In this document: one piece after another, positions 57,309 through 64,000 of the stretch
How positions within the stretch are numbered: position 1 is the stretch's first letter
Layout: every line of letters begins with the position of its first letter
NCBI GenBank assembly: GCA_045564015.1
Contig: JBJLIB010000011.1
Span: forward strand, 689 to 64,688
Direction of reading: 5' to 3'
Length of the DNA stretch: 64,000 nt
Source of the DNA: Gammaproteobacteria bacterium
GTDB taxonomy: Bacteria; Pseudomonadota; Gammaproteobacteria; Magnimaribacterales; D2472
Position numbers and translations under genes: made by a program
The notes under the pieces: model-generated
What the model was told of the DNA's origin: nothing
Seen by the model: only the letters and a program-made list of their open reading frames with translations
Databases searched by the model: none

Positions 57309-60300
57309 CCCTTTCCAATTTTGGTTCTGCAATAGTGCCAAGAATTTCATATTGATAATTAGTAAGATTATTTATATCTTCTTCAAATATTTCATTTATC
57401 ACAGCAGAGCCAGCAACGGCTGGAAGCCCGCCAAGGATTGCTGCATACCATGGTAAGTTTTCTCCCACTCGAATCCTCAAGTCTAAGTTAAGATCTAAAT
57501 CATCCAGATTATTTTTAGAGTTTTTATTAATCTGACCTACCCACCTCATTTTTGCTGCATTTGTTTCAATGAATAGTGGTGATACTAATCGAAGCTTTGA
57601 CTTACTAAATAGCAAATCCCCCTCAACCCTTCCCAATTGCGTAGAAGTAAACTCATCAATTGAGAGATCTAAGTTTGCTAACTTGCCAAGGATATTTCTT
57701 AAATTTAGAACACCGAGTAGATTAAATGCTAATGAATCAGAGATAGAATCTTGAATTACTAAATCTTTCAAAATAAAATCGCTCTCCCCCTCTATATGAC
57801 TTAAAGTTGAGAGCTCCTTCCATTGTAGGTTTATAGATCCATTAAAATAAGAAAAATCTGCGACATCACTTAAGTATGGAATTTTATTCGAATCTTTAAT
57901 CAGAAAATCTCCTCTAATTTTATAGAGAGGCTTCACTTTATCGACTGAAAAATATGCACTTGAAGATTTATGTGACGGCTTGATAGATACCAGATTTGAA
58001 GTTAATTTAATATTATTAGCTGAAAAATTCTTTTGATCATTTACAAGGTAGACATCAAGATCTTTAATCTTAATTTTACTAAAAGAAGAGTTTTTAACTA
58101 TCAATCTTGAATTTATTGCTATACCAGAGGTTGATTGTGATGAATTGATAAATTCTATATCAGGAATAATGGAGTCCTTTACCTCTATTCTCATAAAACC
58201 TGTCTGATCCATCTTGAGGTTCAAATTAAGCCTATCTGCAGCTAAATTACCTTTAATTCCTGAGTTATTTAAGTCAAATAAACCAGAAAAATCAGCAAAG
58301 TTATTATTAAAAAGTTTAAAATTTTTAATATCGAAGGCCAGTTTTTTAATGTTTAATGATGCTGATTCATTGTTAGAAGGCAACAAAGAAATTAATAGAT
58401 TTTCATCAAAAAATTGTGAATAAAGATACATATTCAATCCGGGCTCGACATTAAAACTCTTATACTTATTAGGGAGTTTTTTGCCTATTGAAATATATCC
58501 ATCATATTTGCTTAAGTTTTTAATATGCATATCTAGTTTTTGATTGGTAATTTTTAGCGATGGATTTGAAAAATTGGTGATTGAAATTTCTGTAGGCAAT
58601 CTTATTAATTTATTTTTTGAAAGCTCATTTAATGGCGAATTTAGCTCAATATTTTTTAGATCAGAATTTAGCCTTAAGATTGGCAGAGAGTCTTTTTGAA
58701 TATTTAGATCAATCTTAAAAAAATCATTACCGGAAACCTGAAGATAGGGTGAATCTGAAATAAAGTTCGCTGCATCTAATTTGATATTTCCAGAGAAAGT
58801 TAAATCATATTTATTTGTTAAGCCTGTGCCCAAAAGATTGACTGACATTTCCTCTTTCATAAATGTTGATGGTAATAATCCGTGGATTAAATCTAAATCA
58901 ACAATGAAGATTTTTGCCTGATCAAATTGGATCTTATGAGACTGAAATATTGGTACAAAAAAATTTTTTGTTTTGACTGAAATGGCATTATTGAATTTCA
59001 AAGCAGAAAGTTTCATTTCACCTTTGTGTTCTGCATACATATCAGGAAAATTAAAGCTCTCTGCTCCTATGCTGAATGCATTCTTAAGATCAATTGATTT
59101 CATATCATGCAAAGAATAAAAGCTGAGCTTTTTAGTTTTATAATTAATTAACCCATATGCTTCATCATAGGAAAAATTTACAGCTTTGCCGGAAGGAGAA
59201 AATATATATAGATTTTTATTATCAACTTCAATTATTGCTCTAGCAAAGTCAATCGCTGAATCTTTATTAAGCACTAATTTTGATTCATTGATTAATATTT
59301 TTGCTTTCAAATCAGCATTAAGGCCAATGCTAGGAATAAAGTAGTTAAAATAAATTGAATTTTTAATTCCTAGATTAATGCTTGTATCAATATATGAACT
59401 CGCCTCTTTCAGGGATTTGGGAAGCGAAAATGTAATTAAGTCTTTTGAAATATCATGCCCTTTGAGCTCAATGGATAAAGGGTTGCTTTGCTCGGGATTA
59501 ATCTTCAAAGCGAGATCTATTCCAGCGGATTTATTGTTAATGCGAGCTTTTAGATCAAAAACGGAACCATAAAGATTTCCTTCTCCAGAAATTGATACTG
59601 GAATGAGGTTTTGATTATAGTTTTTAAGTATGGAGGAATTGGAATTTACTAAGAATTTTATCTTGTTTCCATAGCCAGAAAAGTCCCCACTAAGATTATT
59701 GATTTCTTTGAAATAAAGGTCATTAATGTCTATATCCTTTACAAATCCAGAATATTTTGGAAGGAAGGCATCGAATGATAGAAAAAAATTTTCAATAACT
59801 AAATTGGATATCTTCAATGTCTTGCTTTGTAAAATCTGAGGCGAAAGAAAAAATCTTGGAACTGCTAAAGTTTTTTGGTGAAGATTAATTTGAATTGGAT
59901 ATTCTTCATCTATTAATGGGTGTAGAAATTCAGTTAATGATAATGTGCCTATATTTTCTTGAGACTGGAAATGAAAAGATCCTTTATTTTGGTTAATTGA
60001 TAAGGATTTAAAAGATAGACTGCTGGAGTTAAAAGAGCCCTTAATGTTTGATTGCTTGTCCTTCAATTCACCAAGTGCATTGATTTGGAATGCCAAATCT
60101 TTAACAGGCGAAGTATTAAAAGCAGGAATAAAATTTAGCCACTCATATGAATGAAGGTTTAATGAGAAACGATAAGAACCCTCAAAACTATTCACAGCAA
60201 TGGTACTTAATTGATTGTTATGCAAAAAACTAAGCTGACCAGAAATTGATCTTGAAAAGTCTCTCAAAAGATCGCCATTGATTTCAAATATTAAATCATC

Positions 60301-60729
60301 AATTTCGTATTTAAAATTTTTAAATGACAATGAAAATTTATCACTAAGATTTACCATGGAACTTGGAGATGAATTACTGGTTCGTATATTTGAGCTATCA
60401 AAGTAACCATCTTTTATGACGATGCTATTAACAGTAAGAAAGTTAAAAAGGTTATGAGGTTTTAAAGAGAATCCCAGTTCTAATTCTTTAGCCTGAATTA
60501 GCACCTTATCATTGCGCATGATCTGAAAATTATTAAAAATCAAATTCCTATGCAAAGCATTTCCAGAGTTTTGAAGTGTAGAAAACTCTATTGAATGAGT
60601 GGTCAAAACATGCCGATCAATGCTTTGAATTAGGCTCAAAGGTGAGAAAACCAGGATTGTAAGAAATAAAAAAAATATCCAACTTGCAATACTCAGGCAA
60701 ATTGCAGAGACACTCAATAACTTTTTCAT
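57289..60729 (-). CDS. yhdP: YhdP-like AsmA-family giant envelope protein (putative phospholipid transporter)
   Basis: 1146 aa with an N-terminal TM anchor, a long beta-rich Asn/Ser/Lys-rich body and a conserved C-terminal block (WYAAILGGLPAVAGSAVI...YQYEILGTIAEPKL). Lies downstream of mreBCD, where yhdP sits in E. coli/Pseudomonas. Confidence 0.7.
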   Translation of the reverse strand: MKKLLSVSAICLSIASWIFFLFLTILVFSPLSLIQSIDRHVLTTHSIEFSTLQNSGNALHRNLIFNNFQIMRNDKVLIQAKELELGFSLKPHNLFNFLTVNSIVIKDGYFDSSNIRTSNSSPSSMVNLSDKFSLSFKNFKYEIDDLIFEINGDLLRDFSRSISGQLSFLHNNQLSTIAVNSFEGSYRFSLNLHSYEWLNFIPAFNTSPVKDLAFQINALGELKDKQSNIKGSFNSSSLSFKSLSINQNKGSFHFQSQENIGTLSLTEFLHPLIDEEYPIQINLHQKTLAVPRFFLSPQILQSKTLKISNLVIENFFLSFDAFLPKYSGFVKDIDINDLYFKEINNLSGDFSGYGNKIKFLVNSNSSILKNYNQNLIPVSISGEGNLYGSVFDLKARINNKSAGIDLALKINPEQSNPLSIELKGHDISKDLITFSLPKSLKEASSYIDTSINLGIKNSIYFNYFIPSIGLNADLKAKILINESKLVLNKDSAIDFARAIIEVDNKNLYIFSPSGKAVNFSYDEAYGLINYKTKKLSFYSLHDMKSIDLKNAFSIGAESFNFPDMYAEHKGEMKLSALKFNNAISVKTKNFFVPIFQSHKIQFDQAKIFIVDLDLIHGLLPSTFMKEEMSVNLLGTGLTNKYDLTFSGNIKLDAANFISDSPYLQVSGNDFFKIDLNIQKDSLPILRLNSDLKNIELNSPLNELSKNKLIRLPTEISITNFSNPSLKITNQKLDMHIKNLSKYDGYISIGKKLPNKYKSFNVEPGLNMYLYSQFFDENLLISLLPSNNESASLNIKKLAFDIKNFKLFNNNFADFSGLFDLNNSGIKGNLAADRLNLNLKMDQTGFMRIEVKDSIIPDIEFINSSQSTSGIAINSRLIVKNSSFSKIKIKDLDVYLVNDQKNFSANNIKLTSNLVSIKPSHKSSSAYFSVDKVKPLYKIRGDFLIKDSNKIPYLSDVADFSYFNGSINLQWKELSTLSHIEGESDFILKDLVIQDSISDSLAFNLLGVLNLRNILGKLANLDLSIDEFTSTQLGRVEGDLLFSKSKLRLVSPLFIETNAAKMRWVGQINKNSKNNLDDLDLNLDLRIRVGENLPWYAAILGGLPAVAGSAVINEIFEEDINNLTNYQYEILGTIAEPKLERVKQEIQ

Positions 60730-60740
60730 GTTTTATAAAT

Positions 60741-61223
60741 TTAAAAAATACTTCTTCGAAAAGCTCTCATAATTAAATAAAGTCCTACCCATAAAACTGC
60801 ATTAATTAGAAAGCTGAGTATCAAGACAATATAAGAGTAATTATTGGGAGAAAGCAAAAGGTACTTACATGCTATGTAAAATGTAGATGAGCCTGAGAAG
60901 AAAACTGATAGCTGAAAATAAGAAAAAATTCTAAAACGAAAAACATATAAGTGAATTAAGTAAGATATTGCAATAAAAAACAGCATATTAAAACCAATCA
61001 CATTTGAAAAAAGTAAATCAGCAACTAGCCCATAAAATAATGCTGCAGAGCTATGCAATTTCTCTGGAATTGCAAAAACCCAATATGCAAAAATTAAAAA
61101 ACCAAAATTTAATTCCAAATATAATTTTATAGTTAGGGGGTTCAGGAAATCATCTATCCAAAATCCTAAAATAATAGTTGAAAGAATAATGAGGTGATTG
61201 CTAAATTTCATCAGCCTCTTCAC
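60741..61223 (-). CDS. mreD: Rod shape-determining protein MreD
   Basis: 160-aa polytopic membrane protein directly after mreC. Start is GTG at 61223 or ATG at 61211. Confidence 0.75.
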   Translation of the reverse strand: MKRLMKFSNHLIILSTIILGFWIDDFLNPLTIKLYLELNFGFLIFAYWVFAIPEKLHSSAALFYGLVADLLFSNVIGFNMLFFIAISYLIHLYVFRFRIFSYFQLSVFFSGSSTFYIACKYLLLSPNNYSYIVLILSFLINAVLWVGLYLIMRAFRRSIF

Positions 61224-62043
61224 TCATAATGCCATAGAAGGTTTCTTCAAGGGGGTTTGCTTTTAAAGTTATCAAAACCTCGACCTCATTGATTGAAAAT
61301 GAAGTAATAGCTGAAATAAAACCAATTTCTATATCTTTCAAAAAAACTCCGCCTAATCCAGATGTATAGACGGCATCACCAATCTGATTTTTAAAATTTT
61401 TGTTATTTTTATTTAGTTTGCAAGAAATTAACATCGGCTTGCCTTTGCCTCTAGCATCACAGTACAAAAAATTCGATTTAATGGGCAGTACGTGACTCGT
61501 ATCTGATAAAAGAATAACTTCAATAAAATTTAAATAGGTATCTTTTGTTTGGCCTACAATTGATCTGCCTGCAAAGACTGGAGCATTTTTACCTACTGAG
61601 ACATTTCTAGTATTTTGTAAAAAAACTCTATGTGTTGAGCAACAAAGATAATTTCGCAGATCTATTGAAGCGATTTTATATATATCAACATCATCATTTT
61701 TGAGTGAATTAATTAAACCCTTATGAAAATTAATAATTTGGATCTTCTCTTCATTATCTTTTCTATGGATGAAATCCTTTGTCCTGATTTGCAGAATTTT
61801 TTCTTTTAGTTCCTTATTTTCTTGTAAGATAATTTTATTTCTTTGGAAAGAGGAAAATGTCTCGCCAATATTTTCAAATATGCCATTAGAAATCATCTTG
61901 GCATATAGTGTAGAAGCATTAACAAAACCTCTCAAAGGAGCAAATGCTCCATAGCTAATATCACTAAATAACAGTAATGCTGAGAGAGAAAAGCCAATTG
62001 CGTAATTTCTTACTGGAGTATATGTAGGCGTAGATCTCGCCAT
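61201..62043 (-). CDS. mreC: Rod shape-determining protein MreC
   Basis: N-terminal anchor, coiled coil (ILQENKELKEKILQI), and a beta-barrel domain with AVYTSGLGGVF. Confidence 0.85.
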   Translation of the reverse strand: MARSTPTYTPVRNYAIGFSLSALLLFSDISYGAFAPLRGFVNASTLYAKMISNGIFENIGETFSSFQRNKIILQENKELKEKILQIRTKDFIHRKDNEEKIQIINFHKGLINSLKNDDVDIYKIASIDLRNYLCCSTHRVFLQNTRNVSVGKNAPVFAGRSIVGQTKDTYLNFIEVILLSDTSHVLPIKSNFLYCDARGKGKPMLISCKLNKNNKNFKNQIGDAVYTSGLGGVFLKDIEIGFISAITSFSINEVEVLITLKANPLEETFYGIMSEEADEI

Positions 62044-62053
62044 ATTTAATTAA

Positions 62054-63103
62054 TTATTCTGTTGAAAGTAAATCAATATTGTACTTGTCAATAATTTCAA
62101 GAGCCTTGCCGCCACCTCTTGCTACACATGTTAACGGATCTTCAGCACAAATTACTGGGATTCCAGTAGAGGAAGAAATTAATTTATCTAAATCTCTCAT
62201 CAATGCTCCCCCACCCGTCAGAACAATGCCTCTTTCAGCAATATCTGCTGCAAGCTCTGGAGGAGAAAGCTCAAGAGCATTTCTGATAGCTCTTACCATC
62301 CCAGATAAAGGATCTCGCATAGCCTCATATACTTGAGAGCTTTTTAATGTAAAAGTTTCCGGGATTCCTTCTGCTAAATTACGTCCAGTTACATTCATTT
62401 CCAGATCTTCTGAATCAGGAGATGCACACCCAATAGTATATTTAATTTTTTCAGCAGTGGATTCTCCAATAACGCAGCCATAATTTCTTCTAACCCAAGA
62501 AGTGATTGAGCTATCCATGAGATCTCCGCCAATTTTAACTGACTCAGCATATACAACCCCATTCAAAGAAAGAATGGCAATTTCAGAAGTTCCTCCGCCA
62601 ATATCGACTACCATATTACCATTAGCCTCTTCAACGGGAAGACCAGCGCCAATAGCAGCAGCCATAGGCTCTTCTATCAATTTCACATCTCTTGCTCCAG
62701 CACCCAAGACAGATTCTCTAATAGCCCTTCTTTCTACTTGAGTAGATCTACAAGGCACACATACAAGAACTCTGGGGCTAGGTTTAATAAATCTTTGCTC
62801 ATGAACTTTTGCTATAAAATGTTGAAGCATTTTTTCTGTAACTTGAAAGTCGGCAATTACCCCTTCTGATAAAGGTCTAATAGCTTTAATATTTCCAGGT
62901 GTTCTTCCAAGCATTTTTTTAGCCTCATGCCCAACCGCAACAACTGTTTTTTGACCTCGGCTTTCACGAATTGCCACAACAGAAGGCTCATTTAGGACTA
63001 TTCCTATGTCCTTTGTATAAATTAAAGTATTTGCTGTACCTAAATCGATTGATAAATCATTAGAAAATAGGCCACGAACAGTTTTAAATAGATTGAAATC
63101 CAC
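62054..63103 (-). CDS. mreB: Rod shape-determining actin homolog MreB
   Basis: [19 protein letters not shown] and [15 protein letters not shown] start. Confidence 0.97.
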   Translation of the reverse strand: MDFNLFKTVRGLFSNDLSIDLGTANTLIYTKDIGIVLNEPSVVAIRESRGQKTVVAVGHEAKKMLGRTPGNIKAIRPLSEGVIADFQVTEKMLQHFIAKVHEQRFIKPSPRVLVCVPCRSTQVERRAIRESVLGAGARDVKLIEEPMAAAIGAGLPVEEANGNMVVDIGGGTSEIAILSLNGVVYAESVKIGGDLMDSSITSWVRRNYGCVIGESTAEKIKYTIGCASPDSEDLEMNVTGRNLAEGIPETFTLKSSQVYEAMRDPLSGMVRAIRNALELSPPELAADIAERGIVLTGGGALMRDLDKLISSSTGIPVICAEDPLTCVARGGGKALEIIDKYNIDLLSTE

Positions 63104-63177
63104 TATGATATTCCCTGTAAATTCATTTTAAGATGCTTTTAGTTTAATATTGCGCATCAGAAATAAAATAATATCAT

Positions 63178-63459
63178 ATGGATCAAGAAACCGTCAGAAC
63201 TATTTGCTATCTAGCCAGACTGGAAATAGATCAAAGCAAATCTGAAAAAATACAAAAAGATCTTGAGACAATTATTGATCTCATAAGTAGCTTGCAAACT
63301 ATTGATACCTCAGATGTTGAGCCTCTTTATAGTCCACTTGAAATGACAGCTTTTATTCATGAAGACATTGAAAAATCAGATAATAAAAAAGAGAAATTTC
63401 TTGAAAATGCTGCCGCATCGAATGAAGACTACTTTCTAGTTCCGCGAGTCGTTGAATGA
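63178..63459 (+). CDS. gatC: Asp/Glu-tRNA(Asn/Gln) amidotransferase subunit C
   Basis: 93 aa. Divergent from mreB and overlapping the gatA start (ATGA), as in Pseudomonas. Confidence 0.9.
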   Translation: MDQETVRTICYLARLEIDQSKSEKIQKDLETIIDLISSLQTIDTSDVEPLYSPLEMTAFIHEDIEKSDNKKEKFLENAAASNEDYFLVPRVVE

Positions 63460-64000
63460 GTATTCAATTTAAATCAATTGTTGAACTTCGAGCAATGCTT
63501 GATGAAAAATCAATATCTACTTCGGAGCTAATTCAAGAATCTTTTGAATTAGCTAAAAAATATAAAGAATTAAATTGTTTTATAACGATGAATGAGGAAT
63601 CAGGCACTAAAAAAGCTAACGCCATAGATCAAAATGAAAAAGGCTCCTCATGGCTTTCAGGGATTCCTTTAGCACAAAAAGATTTATTTTGTACAGAAGG
63701 CTTAAGGACAACATGTTCTTCAAAAATACTTAGTAATTTTATCCCTCCGTATACTGCAACAGCAGTTCAAAAACTTGAAGATGCTGGCTCTATTACTATT
63801 GGCAAAACAAATATGGATGAGTTTGCAATGGGGTCTTCTAATGAAACTAGTTTTTTTGGAAATGTGCATAACCCATGGAAAAAAGGGTATGTACCAGGAG
63901 GAAGCTCTGGTGGGTCTGCTTCAGCTGTAGCAGCTGGAATTGTCCCAGCCGCAACTGGAACTGATACAGGAGGATCAATCCGCCAGCCTGCTGCACATTG
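63456..64000 (+). CDS. gatA: Asp/Glu-tRNA(Asn/Gln) amidotransferase subunit A (5' part; truncated by the window end)
   Basis: Frame opening at the ATG at 63456 translates to [18 protein letters not shown]...[18 protein letters not shown]...[14 protein letters not shown] (amidase signature). It runs off the window. Confidence 0.93.
   Translation, partial: MSIQFKSIVELRAMLDEKSISTSELIQESFELAKKYKELNCFITMNEESGTKKANAIDQNEKGSSWLSGIPLAQKDLFCTEGLRTTCSSKILSNFIPPYTATAVQKLEDAGSITIGKTNMDEFAMGSSNETSFFGNVHNPWKKGYVPGGSSGGSASAVAAGIVPAATGTDTGGSIRQPAAH

Overview
The window is very AT-rich (about one-third G+C by eye, not computed) and is an extremely compact stretch of core chromosome. Its gene order is gammaproteobacterial and collinear with the Pseudomonas/E. 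coli arrangements I know from memory. That fits a genome-streamlined, possibly marine planktonic, gammaproteobacterium, but this is inference only. I call 71 protein-coding genes plus one RNase P RNA. By my tally only about 1.2 kb (about 2%) lies outside genes, and many neighbours abut or overlap by 1-4 nt (ATGA/GTGA/TTGA junctions).

Content from left to right:
- pal-tolB-tolA-tolR-tolQ-ybgC, a small Hjc-like nuclease, yebC, aspS
- an FmdB zinc-ribbon protein, proS, a thiolase
- recA (with a textbook SOS box), fdxA, nlpD, a DUF368 protein, pcm, surE, fused ispDF, ftsB, eno, kdsA, pyrG
- a diiron protein, alr, dnaB, rplI-rpsR-rpsF
- the whole dcw cluster (ftsA back to mraZ, with ftsZ in an abnormal position), RNase P RNA, rsmI, an LpoA-like lipoprotein
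- sspA, the cytochrome bc1 genes petCBA, rpsI-rplM, zapE, a DegS-like protease
- an enoyl-CoA hydratase / CoA-binding / MetF-like trio, murA, ibaG, mlaC
- kdsD-lptA-lptB-rpoN-mgtE, a YhdP-like giant protein, mreDCB, gatC and the start of gatA

I saw no rRNA, tRNA, CRISPR array, IS/transposase, integrase, prophage, toxin-antitoxin pair or recognisable defence locus. I therefore cannot honestly claim a multi-gene novel system.

The observations I consider most worth follow-up:
1. A 140-aa archaeal/phage-type Hjc-like PD-(D/E)XK nuclease occupies exactly the slot where ruvC-ruvA-ruvB normally sit.
2. ftsZ has moved from the distal end of the dcw cluster to between mraZ and rsmH.
3. A phased array of AAAGTGTG direct repeats, a putative MraZ operator, lies upstream of mraZ.
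4. There is a consistent pattern of in-situ gene loss within otherwise conserved synteny: rpoS, mutS, recX, truD, mlaFEDB, kdsC, lptC, yraN/diaA/dolP/sspB, maf/rng, and the hpf-ptsN module.
5. Several essential enzymes are domain-minimised: ProRS lacks the INS editing domain, MurD has an internal deletion, TolA is short, and the LpoA-like protein is half length.

All absence claims apply to this locus only and need the whole genome to test.
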